This document shows, piece after piece, positions 37,111-49,909 of a stretch of 64,000 nt of DNA. This stretch comes from Camelus ferus (taxonomy: Eukaryota), in assembly GCF_009834535.1 (NCBI RefSeq), contig NC_045697.1:30196001-30260000 (forward strand). The letters run 5' to 3'. A model generated the notes under the pieces. That model worked only from the letters and a program-made list of their open reading frames with translations. It had not been told where the DNA came from and did no database searches. Every line of letters starts with the position of its first letter. The first letter of the stretch is position 1. Made by a program: the position numbers and the translations under genes.

Positions 37111-38695
37111 GGAGAAGACTTGCATTTATAGCAGAGTCTAGGTACCATGAAAATCATCAGGAGTTGTGAAAAGAAAGCACATGAGAAGTCTCCAAAAAAG
37201 CTGTGAAAAGGATCACAATCTCGTAAAACAATCTCCTCCAAGATAATGTACCTACTTATCCATCCATTGTTTAATAAATACAGTTAGATCACGAGCCTAC
37301 CAGATGCATGGCTTTATTTTTACCTTCAAGCAGAGCCATGTCCTGGGTTAAGCCTGCGTGGAAAAGAATGTGCACTTTATAGACAGATTTTGAGGGGGTC
37401 CTTGAAATGGTTTGTTGAAACCTTAAAATATTCCCATTTCTCTGCTAGAGCAGCCTGCTAGATATAGCCAATAATGCAGACCCATCTGGTAAGTGGTCTG
37501 AAGAGACGTTTGCCTGGTCTCTCACAATGTATGGAACCATTGCCTCCTGTTTGGGCATTTCAGAAAATATTTGGATTGCTTTAGATGTCTTACCATGCTA
37601 ATTAAATAAAATATGACTAATTAAATGTCATAAAGCATGATGTAAACTTGTTAATGTCAGGAGAGATCTTTACAAACAACTATCAAGATGGGCAAATTTG
37701 TCACATGTCAACGTTTTTAGTTAATTTTCAGTGGTAAATAAGCAAATTTTATTTAAGAAATGCGAAAACTGTCTGGCGATGTAATTAGGGCCCCCTATAT
37801 TTTGTGCCTGATTAGACTGTGGCTTATATGGGGGGCTGGAGAGTCTCTTCTGAATAGTTAACTACCCATTTTTTCAATTAAACATAATGTTATGTTAACA
37901 TCCTTAAAGAGGTAAATGATGGCACAGTAAATCCAATTAGAATACATACTTACAACTGGATTCTCTTGCAATTTTCAAAAAGCTGATTGCATTTTACATC
38001 TTGCCTGCTATTGTCAGAGCAGCTCTAGCATAAGTTGCTGCACCCCCGCCTGGTGCCTGTGTCTTTCCGTGGTGACCTTTGCTGGAAGAGCTGCTGCAGA
38101 CATCACAAACTCTCACATCAATTTGCCACAATTGGATGTGGCATCTTGCAGCTAATTTGATTTGGGAAGAAATGCACCTGGCTCTGTTTTTTCCCTGTAG
38201 AATGTGGAGGGGGTTCTGAGTCCTCGCAGATGCCATCTACCCGAGGAGCCCATGTGTTTTTCAAGGTCTAAGCAGTTTGTCTTCATCTCCCCAAATACAG
38301 CCCGTTACAAAAGGAAAGGAGCCGAATTATTCAATGCAAAAATAAATTCGACTGGAGTCAGGGAGGAAGGAGAAACAACGGGAACTGGAAAATACAGCTG
38401 TTGACATAACTTCCAGACTTCTTTCCTTAAAAGAAAAGCGAACCCTTTTTATTGGACTATTTAACTCTATGTTAGTTACTTCCCTGTTTCTATCACATCA
38501 ATTAAACACAATTCCCCCCATATCAGAATTCTAAAGAAAAGCCAACCTGTCGCGTTCGTGCTATTTGAAAGACCTACAAACATAACACATGCCAGGATAG
38601 TTGTATAGGGTTGTTTTAAAATTTCAAACTGATCTGAGGTTGTGGAAAATAGATAAAATGGTAATGTGCTTAATCTATTATTGATGCATTTAAAT

Positions 38696-38706
38696 AGATC
38701 AAAGGG
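38696..38706 (+). promoter_or_regulatory. Consensus TCF/LEF site in a repeat-free block
   Basis: agatcaaaggg, a perfect match to the optimal TCF site. Confidence 0.4.
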
Positions 38707-40029
38707 CTGCTTGTTGAAGGAAAAATACAAGTCCCAGGCCTTTTATTCAGTGACCTACATTTTATCTCAATTATACTCCAGAGATTGAAAAATAAAGTAA
38801 TCATCAACAACACAACAGAACCTACCTTGTAGACAGGATTCACACTGTATAGGTGAGGACGCTCTGGAGGTAAGGGGGAGAAAAATGCTTCCTGAGTATT
38901 TGCACATGAGGTTTAATTTGTATGGGGGGAGAGGGTAGTTTCCTGGAAAGGTAAATAAATTTTAATTGTATAGCACCCCAAGGGCAGCTCACACCTTGTC
39001 TACGTCCTATTGCTGTAAGAATACATATCCTGTAGCTCATGTGAAGTAAAATGCAGGGGTGGGGGGCATTCTTTGGAAAAATACTTCTGTTATTTTTAAA
39101 AATGAGTCTACAGCGGGGACACTGGGTTGAAGGTTGAATTGAGGCAGTTTTACACATAACTCCAGCTTTAAGGGTTTAATTCCACACAATATATGCTTGC
39201 TTGAAGTAAAGCCGGGTGGGAATTTGAACGATTTTTGTCAGGGAAAGGAAGGGGATTGTCGAAAACTCTAAGAAGCAAGAGGGCAAGGACCATTCTGATG
39301 TTGCTGCTCACACCCATCCCCGGTGCCAAGTCTGTAGCTGACTTTCAACCAATATTTATTAAATGAGTGCCTGAAGCTTCCTTGTGCATAGAGAGACCTA
39401 ACCTAAGTATATCTGGTAATAGCAGCCTGATCTGTCAAGAGATTTATGTGCCTTGTGGATTGTCTGGAAAATTTTAAGTTAAAGACAGAGAGCGTATGAT
39501 TATTGTTACCACAATTCCCTCGTATACTTTTGTGTCTGCTTCCTAGGCATCTGAAAGAGAGGAGGCTTTACAGGAACATTCATACTTGCAGAGATAAAGG
39601 ACAACTCATTTCAGGCTGGTGAGAGTGAGAGATGATGTCATTTCCAACCAAAGATAGAAGCAGGGAAGAACTCAGAGCCCAGGAGCAGGAAGCAAAATCA
39701 AAACAAGTTTCCAGAACTCTCTGAATCCCACAATTACCATCACCCCAGGTCTTTTTTGTGCAGCTTCCTTCTTTTCTCTGAACTTGTGTGAATTTGCAGA
39801 TCATGAAACAGCTCCATTTTCAAAAACAGGAAGATACTCTGACACAGGCATCATCATTTTGCGTAATTTTCCATTTGGGTTTATTGGAGCCTCAATTCGT
39901 TACCATGAGACCCAGTGACCTGAAGAAGGAAATCTTCCGAGAGATTGTTCTAACTCTTCAGGGCCTACCACAGAGGAGGGACTCAATAAACATTTGAAAA
40001 GATAAAGAATCGATGAATTAATGCCTGAG

Positions 40030-40430
40030 TACAGAAACTAACAGTTATGGGTCAGGAGAGGTTGACTGCAGATAACTGATATTCAACAAGCAAAATTATG
40101 ATGGTTTAACCAAGAAAATGTTGATTTCACTCTCACATTAAAGAATTCTGGAGTCACACCATTTGAGGCTGATACAGATAGCAGTTCTCTGCCATCTTCA
40201 GAGATGTGGGCTCCTGTCTCTCTGAAGCTATTCGCAGAGTGTGAGTGGTGACTTCATGGTTGCTGGGGCTGCTACCATCACACCCAAATTAAAGTCTAGA
40301 AGATAGGAAGGCAGAAGGAAGAAAAGGGAGGCCCTGTGAGCCGGGGCAGCTAGGAAGCGCTTGCCATCTACAATGTAGTCATAAAGCTACACCAAGCTGC
40401 AAGAGAGACTTTGAAATGTGGTCTTTCGTC
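40030..40430 (-). mobile_element. Old MaLR LTR (MLT1K/L-like)
   Basis: caagctgcaagagagactttgaaatgtggtcttt. Confidence 0.55.
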
Positions 40431-40489
40431 CACGTCTGGAATTCAAATTCTAGCTCTAAGGAATTCAAGATCTATTATCACCATGATAA

Positions 40490-40585
40490 TAAAGAGACAG
40501 AGGGATTAAGTGACTTGCCCAGGATCACACAACCAATGTGTGGCAGAGCCAGGATTAAACCTAGGCAATATGACTCTTAATCTAC
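40490..40585 (-). mobile_element. MIR core
   Basis: ttaagtgacttgcccaggatcacaca...tggcagagccaggatt. Confidence 0.85.
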
Positions 40586-40939
40586 TAATCGAAAGTTGCC
40601 AAATAAAGACAGAGCAGGTTAACATAAAGCTAGAGACCAGATTCTTAGATTTTCATTAAAAAGCAACATCGTAATAAAAATACGGGGTAAAGACTCCCAT
40701 CCTCTCCTTACTCTCCGTGTTGTGTTGAAGTTTTCTTAAAGGTCCTAAAATGATATTTTTTGCATCATCTTTTCATTTGCGTTAGATGATTCAAAGGAAT
40801 AGACATTAGGAAAACTGAAAATACACTTTTTGGATGAAATAACTCAAAATAAATTTTATTTTCCTCCTGATTTTAGCCACACACTTAGCAATCTCAAAGC
40901 TAAATATTTAGAATCTTGAAAACATCATGTGAAAGAAAC

Positions 40940-41215
40940 CAGAAACAAAAGAACATATTTCGTATGAATGTCTACATGAATTGTCTAGAATAGATACATC
41001 TACAGAGAGAGAAAGTAGGGCTGGTCATGGGAGAAAGGAATGAGGGTTGACTGGTACTGGGGATGAGATTTCTTTTTGGGGTGAGGAATACATTCTAAAA
41101 GTAAGCTGTAGTGATGGTTGAGCAACTCTGTGAATGTATTTTTTTAAAAAGCCTTTAAATCGTCTACTTTAAATGGCCATGTTTTATGTATATGAATTAT
41201 ATCTCAATAAAAGTT
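40940..41215 (+). mobile_element. L1MB-like 3'UTR fragment
   Basis: gtagtgatggttgagcaactctgtgaat...tgaattatatctcaataaa. Confidence 0.8.
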
Positions 41216-41479
41216 TTCTTAGGAAAACAAATGCTAAATACTTAATGGTCAATTCAAAGTTCTAAGGATACACATGCTAACAGCTCTGTAGCTGCGTCGG
41301 CTGCAATTTCTCTTGATTTCATTCACACCCTCTCTTCAGGCAAACTGGTGGACCCACTGTTCCTGAATATGATTTCAGGGTGGTGGGGTTTTTTTTTTTC
41401 AGTTTATTCTTCTGTTGACTTTTCCTGCATCCTGAATGCCTTCCTGCTGCTCTCTGCCCGCCCTTCAAGGCCGGCTCAA

Positions 41480-41730
41480 ATCCTACCACAAAACTCTTCA
41501 CCCACAAACTTGCTCCTCCTTCAGTTCCTCACATCACTAAAATCACCATCAACCAGTTAGTTAATTCCCTGTTCTCTCCCCTCCCCTTACCGCCTGCACA
41601 AAGCCTTATTAATTTAAACCTCAGATGTGACTCGAATCTGTTCCCCTCTCTTCATCTTAACTGCCATCACCTCCCCTAGGCTGCCAGCAATAAACTTTCT
41701 AAACTGGTCTCCTCACTTACATTCTTGCTC
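41480..41730 (+). mobile_element. L2 fragment
   Basis: cttgctcctccttcagttcc...aatctgttcccctctcttcatc...aactggtctcct. Confidence 0.55.
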
Positions 41731-42077
41731 TTTGGGCTCTTTATTAATCTATTGTTTCTCACTTTCTAAATTTTAATTTGGGTTGCTTCATTTCTGCTTT
41801 GTAGTGACTACAAACTACATCTGGTACTGGTAGGTTCTACCAATAGGGAGCACTAAAGGGAGACTCAAAGGCAGAAGATGGGGTGAAGTGAATCAAAGGC
41901 TCAGACAAGTGGACATACTGCACAAGATTATTGCAAGAATAACCTCACAAAGTTATTCTTATCCTACCAACAGATTATGTTCCACAAGGAGACCCAGAGG
42001 AAACACCTTTGCCAAAGCAATAACCAACGCAGCAGTGAACAGAAAGCCAACATTATTAAGGTGGCTGATCTCTATAG

Positions 42078-42304
42078 CAGAGATCAGCAAGCTTTTTCCA
42101 AAAAAACGATCTGAGAATAAATATTTCAGTCTTTGCAAACCATATGATCTCTTCCACAACCACTCAACTCTGCTATTGAGGCACAAAAGCAGCCACAGAC
42201 AATATGGAAACCAACGAGCATGGCTGTGTGGTCCAATAAAACTTTATTTACACAACAAGCGATAGGTTGGACTTGGCTCATGGGTGGTAGTTTGCCAGTC
42301 TCTG
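42078..42304. mobile_element. MER58A hAT-Charlie element inserted in ERVL gag
   Basis: caaccactcaactctgct...aaagcagccacagacaata...ccaataaaactttatttaca; flanks ctctatag / atttatag. Confidence 0.9.
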
Positions 42305-43933
42305 ATTTATAGGTTAGTGCTGTTGGTAGATATAATGTGGTTCCTGAACGGAGCTGGATAGCATTGGAGGGTGATAGAATCTTAAAATAATAGAAGTCAG
42401 GCAGTGGCACTTAAAAATCAGAAGCAAAGTGAGTGTAATTATTATAATGAGCAGCAAGGCTAGGTCGTTAGCCAGGCAGGCCTGACCTACAGAAAGTATG
42501 GAGATGGTTAATAGAATACAGTATATCTAAGGGCAAGGAAGATGGGTAACCCACAAGGGCTTTGCTCAATTTATACAATCAAAAGAAATCAAAGATGGAT
42601 AATCAGGATATTAATGGCAACTCTCCTAATATACAGTCATGATCCCCTGCCCGATTTTGAACCCGAGCCAGCTGTCAGATCCAGAATCCACTGCCTAAAG
42701 AAGACATAGGTCCCATGAGAAAGGGACAAGTGCAACAAAATGGCAAGTGAATACAATAATGATTCCTTCAGTCCTTACCCAAAAGGACGTATGGCCATTT
42801 ACTCATGCACCCATATACTGGGGAAAGATAGAAATCTAGCTTTTTGAAGACTGTTAGATTTGGGTCCACGTTTTGTGGACTATAGCTGGGGACCTGAAAC
42901 ATTGTTGTGGCTGCCTTGTGAGACTCAGGGCATATGGGAGCCAAGTAAGTTAGGCCTAGATCTCCATACAGTGAGTCTGCTGAGACCAGAGACTCATCTG
43001 ATGGTCATTTCTCTGTTCCCCAAAGGTATATTTACAATGGACATACTTGGTAGACGGCAGAGTTCTGCATGGGTTACTTAGCCAATGGTCTAAGAGCCAA
43101 CGTAGTGGGGAAGGACACAAGGAATCTGTGAGACAGGCTCGCCCAGCCAAGGTAAAGCAAATAACAAAAACAAGTCCACATCCCAGCAAGAATGGCAGAG
43201 ATTGGTGCCACCTTAAGTCCTACCAGTCCGATCCCTACAAAAACCAGTTGGATCCTGGCAGATGACAGTGGGCAGCTTCAAACTCAGCCAAGCAGTAGGT
43301 CCAGTTACAGCTGTTGTGCCAGAAGTGCTATCATTGCTGGAGCAGCTTCACGAATACACTCTCTTCCATGCATAGAAGGAAGGAGGCTCCAAACCTGTTT
43401 GCATTCACATGGAGTGAACAATGTATATTTTTATAAACTTGCCTCGGGCTAGGTTAACTCTCCTGCACTATGTCACAATATATTCCAAAGGGATCTGGAC
43501 CATCTTCACACTCCACAAAGCATCAGATTGATCCACAGTATCAATGACATCATGTTCATCAGACTGGATAAGCAGGAAATAACAAATATGCTGGAGATTT
43601 TACTCCAGAGAGTGGAAGATAAACCTTATGAAGATTCAGAAGTCTAACACGTTAATACACTTTATAAGTGTCCTGTAATCTACGACATACAGAGAAATCC
43701 TCTTCAAAATATGCCTCTTGCACCGCCATCTTTAGGAAGAAAGCCCCATGCCTTTGGAGGTTCTGGAAGAAGCATATTCTACACTTTTGAATATTACCCC
43801 AATTAATATACCAAGTGACATGCAGGACTGCTGGCTTTGATAGAGCCCAAAGCAGGACAGGGCTCTGAAGTAGGCCCAGGCCAGGGTGTCCTTTGAACAA
43901 CATAACCTGACAGACCATATGCTAGTGGCATCT

Positions 43934-44449
43934 TGTCTTGAGAGACAATTCTCCACTGGCCTTTTGCATTTCTGCATGTCTTGTGATTGAGGCACTGTCT
44001 GCCCTTTGTTCTGGACTACCATTTCAAGGATGTTTGTCTGGAAATAGCCTTGGAAGATACAGTGTCTTCCTCCAGAACTTAGGCTAAGTTTTCTTATAGC
44101 CACGGAAGATAGAGATAGTACCTCCTTCTGGAGCAAAGAGCAGGCATACTTACTGCTCATTATAAAGGATATGGGTTCCCTAAACTCAGGGTCCCTCTAC
44201 GGTAATGCAGTCCACTGAGGGTGCAGGTGTGATGTGACTCTTCTTGTATCACCGTATGGGAATTGGGGCTCAGGGAACCAGTGTTAAATGCTGATACTCT
44301 GGCTATGACTATAGCTGTGAGTGACACACTGCTCTTCATCTCTGACCAAGGAGACTCATGTCTTCCACCAGCATCCTTGGAACTGTGGCAGGCTAACTTG
44401 CTAGCTTGCAAGTAGGATAAAAATCTTAGATCCTTCATAGTTCTTGACA
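43934..44449 (+). mobile_element. Solo ERV LTR inserted in ERVL pol (LTR53-like; subfamily and strand uncertain)
   Basis: TG...CA-bounded ~516-bp block with an internal duplicated ggaagata(c/g)ag motif; pol homology resumes immediately after it. Confidence 0.65.
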
Positions 44450-44529
44450 CTGTGATGGGAAAAGAAGCTGTGTACAGTTTATGGCAAACCCCAATGGAAG
44501 AGTCATAACATACGACCCATAGGGTTTAA

Positions 44530-45087
44530 CCCCTATGCTAAGGAATTGACTCACAATTGTGGGGCTGTCAAGTTTGAAATCTGTAGGGCAGGCTGGAGAT
44601 TCAGGTGAGAGTTGAGATTTCAGTCTTGAGGTCGAATTGCCAACAGACTAGAAACTCAGGCAGGGTTTTTATGTTGCAGTCTTAAGGAGAATTCCTTCTC
44701 CTTCAAGAAACCTCTGTCAGGGGAGGGTATAGCTCAAAGTGGTAGAGCACATGCTTAGCATGCATGAGGTTTCAGGTTCAATCCCCAATACCTCCTCTAG
44801 AAAAAAAAGTAAATAAACAAATAAACTTAATTACCTCCCCCCCCCCACCCCCACAAAAATAAAAAAGAAAGAAAAAGAAACCTCTGTCTTTGCTCTTAAA
44901 GTCTTCAACTGATAGTATGAGATGCAGTCATATTATTGAGGGTAATCTGTTTTACTGAAAGTCTACTGATGTAAATGTTACTCACACCTAGAAAAAAACA
45001 CCTTCCTTCATAGCAACATTTAGCCTGGCGTTTGACCAAACAAATGGGCACCACAGCCTGTCCAAGTTGACACATAAAATTGTCACA
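44530..45087 (-). mobile_element. MLT2D-like ERVL LTR containing a SINE
   Basis: aaggaattgactcaca...gagggtaatctgttttact...caagttgacacataaaatt. Confidence 0.85.
44719..44874 (+). mobile_element. tRNA-Ala-derived SINE (Vic-1-like)
   Basis: Head ggggagggtatagctcaaagtggtagagc; perfect 14-bp TSD aagaaacctctgtc (44705-44718, 44875-44888). Confidence 0.93.
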
Positions 45088-45089
45088 CC

Positions 45090-45287
45090 ATCCAAGCTCT
45101 AAAGCTCCCCATGGGAATGGGTGAGGCCTCTGTTGTCACTGCTTCTTAGTCCAACTTCTCCCTCTGCCCCATCTTACTTCCCTGTCTCTCTCTCTCTCAG
45201 ATTGTTCCTGAGAGCACCCTCCAATAAACCTCCTGCACATACAACTCCTTCTGAGAGTCTGTTTTCTCGGAATCCTGCCATAAGACA
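45090..45287 (+). mobile_element. LTR16-like 3' LTR portion of the ERVL relic
   Basis: cttctccctctgccc...ccctccaataaacctcctgcac...gagtctgttttc...taagaca. Confidence 0.75.
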
Positions 45288-46419
45288 GAGATGCTGTAAT
45301 AAACAAAACATGCTACTCAGAATTACTACCAAGTCTAAGTTACCAACTAACTCCCAAAGGTTTTGTTGTTGCTTTATGAAATATTTGAAATCACACAGTC
45401 TGTTGTCTTTGAGAGAAACGAGCCATTTGACTCCAAGAACAAAGCAACTGATCGATTAAACAGAAAGCAAATGGTGTTTTTTAAAAAAAAAAAAAACAAC
45501 CCTCAAAAAAAGTCTCTCTTACTTGTTTTTTTCTTTGCTTTTATGTCTAAGCAGGAACTGCACAGAATTTCAGAGCTGCAAGCTGTCGGTCTGTTACCCT
45601 TACCCAGGCACATGTTTGGGGAGTGCGTGCCCACAGACATTCAGCAGATGGTCTGGGGCTGGACATCTGGAAGTCTCATCAGATTAGGGGGCACAAATTT
45701 GTGATAATAGATTTAATTCAGTTTTTGCTTAACATTTTTTGGCTGGTTTTAAAGACCCTGGGGTCAGTATGTAACTTGGCAAGGGTTTTATAAAAATTGT
45801 TCCGAATTTACCATCAATGGGCCGATCTTACACAATATTTTGTTTGTGCAACTCAGACCAGCTGGGTGAAAGCTAATGAAAGGAATGCAATTATAGGGGG
45901 GTGGAAGGGACATGTAAGCCTTGTTAATGCATTAGTCATTCTCTGTGCACCCCTGACCACCCTACACGTGCTGCTGAGAATGAGTGCAGGATAACCTTGG
46001 GTGAGCATGGCCATCTTTATTTTCTTTATTCTAGAGTCTAGAATGTATGCTTTATTTGGACAATCAAGGGCAATACAGCAATCATCATAACCACATAATT
46101 TTGTATTTTTCTTAAGAATAGTCTGAAATAAACCTTAAGAACAAACTATAAATGAAGTAAAGCTTCATCCTAATACAACAGTTATGAAGTATATTGAAGA
46201 AGCGCCTTCTCCTCTTAACCATCAAAATAGCATAAACTGTGTATCTGCATGTAAGAGACTACAATGTTTTCATAATCCTTTCATAGCATCTAAGCTTATT
46301 TTCACCAAAAAAAAAATGTTGAGTGGGCAGATGAATGGATTTATTTTTCTAATTTTTTTAAAGTTAAAATGAGAATAAACCAAGAAGGAAAAGGCCAAAA
46401 ACCATTATCAAAGGATAAA

Positions 46420-47250
46420 AAAAGTCCAATAAATACATGGAAAGATGGTCAGCTTCAGCATTATTTAGGGAACGTAAATTAACAGCAAAAGAGATCATTC
46501 CTCAGCCTTCAGACTGGCAAAAATTTAAAGACTAACAATTCCAAAGACTGGCAAGAGCCTTCATACACTTATGGTGGGACCATGAGGTGGTATAATCACC
46601 TGGAAGGGTCATTGGCTATTCTGAGTTAGGCAAAGATACCCTTAGCCTATGACCCAGTAATCCCACTTCTAGGTATACACTCTAGACAAGGATACAAGTT
46701 CACGAATGTTCACTGTAGCATTGTTGGAAATAGCAAAAACAAAAACAAAAACAAAATTGTAAGAAACCTAAATGTACATCAGTGAAAGAATGGATAAATA
46801 TCTTGTGATATAGTTATATAACAGAATACTATACAGCAGTCAAAATGAATAAATCAGAATGACATATATCAACACAGATAAATCTCAGAAACAGCGATAA
46901 CCAAACAGACAAACAAACTGGAGGAGTCTAGGAAAAATACCCCAAAAAAGTTTGGTAAAAGTTTAGAAAAAAAGTTTAGATGTTTATTGATGCAAAATAT
47001 GTAGAGAAATTACTGAAACGTGCATAGGAACAATGAGCATTGAAATAATTAGTGTGGTTACCTCTAAGGGGGAAGGTGGGGAAATGTGGTTAGGGACATG
47101 GTTCAGGGGCGGCTTCAACTGTATGTATAATATTTACATGGGGGGAGGGAGAGAAAAAGCATTTTAAAAAACTGTATCCTTTCTATAATTTTCTATTTTT
47201 TCAAGTATGTTTAAAATATGTAATATTTTAATACAATATTTAAAATAAAA
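46420..47250 (+). mobile_element. Old L1 (L1ME-like) ORF2 end and 3'UTR
   Basis: tatgacccagtaatcccacttctaggtata...gaatgttcactgtagcattg...gaatactatacagcagt. Confidence 0.85.
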
Positions 47251-47769
47251 GAATCAACTTTTATTTAGAAACATGAGATTAGAGATCAGCTCCCTTGAAC
47301 CCCACAAACTCAACCACCTAAGTGAGGGGAGACATGCTGTGGCTCCCACCAGCCCTCACCCAGGCTTGACTCTGAACAGTGTTCCAGCAAGCAGTTCTCC
47401 CAACTGCCTCTTTCCCAGATTTCCATCACCAAAGATGGCATAATTTGTCTAAGAGAACTGAACTCATCCTCTTCCTGCAAGTGTGCTAAATTCCCATTAA
47501 TTTCACTGCTTACACAAATTAAAACAAAACAAGACAAAACAAACATACAGACAACAACAGTTGCCTCTTCACCAGGCCCAGTTGGAAAATTCCACATCGG
47601 TAGAAATCCCAGCAGCTATCCAAGCTCACATCTTTAATTCTGCCACATAATGTAAATGTTTTTACTTGGCATCAGTTTTCCCCTTGAGTTGACATGGCCT
47701 GATCCAGACTTGTTTTGTTTCTTAAGAAACACAACAAATGAAAATCCCAAACCCCCCCAACCCGCTCTG

Positions 47770-48200
47770 ATTATGATAGTAATACGTGTTCTTTGTAGAA
47801 AACACAAAAAGTGCAGAAAAGCACTCCCCAAATTAAAAAATCACTCGGAATTTCAAGACTCAGAAATAACCACCTTTAACAGATCAGCTTCACGTTTTTC
47901 CAAGTTTTGTTTATGCATGTATACTCACACACGTGCACACACACAAATAACTGGAATCATACTGTGTCTACTGTTTTGTATTTTTCTTGTTCAACAACGT
48001 ATTCCATCTCATCATTTATCTGAGCATCATTTTTATGGTTCACATAGTATTCCCTTGTGCGACGTTCCATAATTTATTAAAGCGTTTCTCTCTCATTGCA
48101 GGGCATTTACATATTGCCAGTTTGCCATTCCTGAAAGCATGAACCAATTTAGACCCCTCTCAGCAGTATGAGAGAATGGCCATTTCCCTGTTCCCCGAGC
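47770..48200 (-). mobile_element. Old L1 (L1ME-like) fragments
   Basis: gtaatacgtgttctttgtagaaaa, catagtattcccttgtg, cagcagtatgagag. Confidence 0.6.
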
Positions 48201-48449
48201 AGCATTGTTGACTGAGTATTTTTCTTCCTCCACAGAAAGATAATAGGAGACTCTCGTTAAGACGTAAGTTTCGAGAGAGGGATTTTCATGAACACTTTTA
48301 ATATGTATATCTAAAGTACTGTTTAATTACCAGAGGGTTTCCATGCAGGTTTTTTTCTCTTCAGTACAAGATATTAGAGGATTAGTGGTTAACACTATGA
48401 TGAAATTTCAGAATCATGTTTATTTCCATTAATGCTATGGAAATTCCCA

Positions 48450-48556
48450 CTATGGAAGCTCCTTGAGGCCAGAAACTCTGCCTTATTTATCACTGTATCT
48501 CCAGAACCTCACACATAAAAGGCTTTCAGTAAATGTCTATCTAAGTAATGAATAAA
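48450..48556 (+). mobile_element. L2 terminal fragment
   Basis: aagctccttgaggccagaaac...cactgtatctccag. Confidence 0.7.
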
Positions 48557-49729
48557 ACGTTAAATCAATGTCAAAGAAACCAACGATCATACCGTGAAAA
48601 TGGCATCTTGGGTTAAAGCTGAGTTTCCAAAATAACATGGAAATTGGATCAAACTTTATTTTTGAAACTTCACTTCTCAATGTTAATCATCTCAACTGTT
48701 ATGTTTGTTTTAGGACACTAGCCCCTGACTATATAAGTGCTGGGTAGTGAGGAAACATAACAGTAAAATAACAGGAAAATATCTCTGTGAACAAAGGTGA
48801 CATGCTTTGCCTAGCAGGACAACTAGCCTACAGACTAGCACCGTTCTCAAATGCCTCAGGCTGTCGCCCTCAGTTTTTGGTCTATGCTGAGAATACTCAT
48901 CTTTATAGCAGTAAGAGAAGACTATCTCAGCAGCCAGGAGCCATTCCAGCCAAGAGAGACCCGGAGCATTGGCTTCACACTCTCAGATGGTGAGATGCTC
49001 CAACTCCAGCCTACGGCAAGTTGGCCTTGACCTCACGCCAGACCAAGAATGGTGCTGTGTCTTACCAGCAACACACAGATGAGCACAATTTCAGGAATTT
49101 CTTTGGGGTGGATTTGTAATAAGCTCTGGAATGACTATAGAAACCACCACAATTGGTGTTCTATAGCAAGGCATATTTTTAGATTCAACTTTCAACTCTG
49201 GTCACACAGAGCACGGGCTCTGGACACTGTCTTCCGCATCCTCTCTCCCAGGATTTCTCAAAATGCTGGGGGATGGGGGTGAGGTCATGACCCCTGTAGG
49301 GTCATGAAGAGGAAAACAGCAAAGCATCAAGAAGAGTTTTCTTGAAACTCCTGGGGGCAGGGTTAGGGGTTGGGGGGCAGAATTCTCTTCTGTCAGTGGT
49401 TCTCACTGATGCCGTGAAACTGCTTCCCCAGTCTCTGCTCCATCAATTACAACAGCTGCTTCTGCTTTAAAACTTACTGAGGGCCAGGCACCACCTAGGT
49501 GCTTTACTTTCCAGTGCCTCCTAAAACTTTCCATAGAATATGCACTGAAAATGGTACTATTTGTGCAGCCAACACACAAGCATGGCTGCTTGCACCAGGA
49601 GGCCACTAGCTGAGGATCTGAAAGTCCCAAGTCTCACCCAACTGGTCTGTGGACTGAAAAATATGATATGTCACACATATAATCTATTTGTGGCATGCCA
49701 CTGGGAAACTCTGCTTTAAAGGGATTAAG

Positions 49730-49845
49730 TCATTTAATAAGTATAATTTTATGGGTTTTCTGTGTTATCCCTATTTATAAATGAGGCTCAGGAAGGTTAA
49801 GAGCCTTGCTCCTGATCACACAGCTAGTTGGGAATTCAAACTCCA
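49730..49845 (-). mobile_element. MIR fragment
   Basis: tgaggctcaggaaggttaagagccttgctcctgatcacacagctag. Confidence 0.7.
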
Positions 49846-49909
49846 GTATCATCGACTATATTACTTGTTTACAATTATTTATTCATTTCCTGCCTTTGCA
49901 ATACTTACT

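Larger units (their letters stand above)
41800..44530 (+). pseudogene. Decayed ERV-L (HERV16/LTR16-type) internal region: gag-pro-pol remnants
   Basis: Protease-like TVSLLRPETHLMVISLFPKGIFTMDIL (ORF 42860); RT-like KPVGSWQMTVGSFKLSQAVGPVTAVVPEVLSLLEQL (~43242-43349) and NSPALCHNIFQRDLDHL...HSINDIM (YIDD changed to SIND at 43537-43548); frameshifts and stops throughout. Confidence 0.88.

Noticed and set aside
42860..43560. Possible domesticated retroviral protease/RT gene
   Set aside because: Frameshifts, stops, deletions and loss of the YxDD motif
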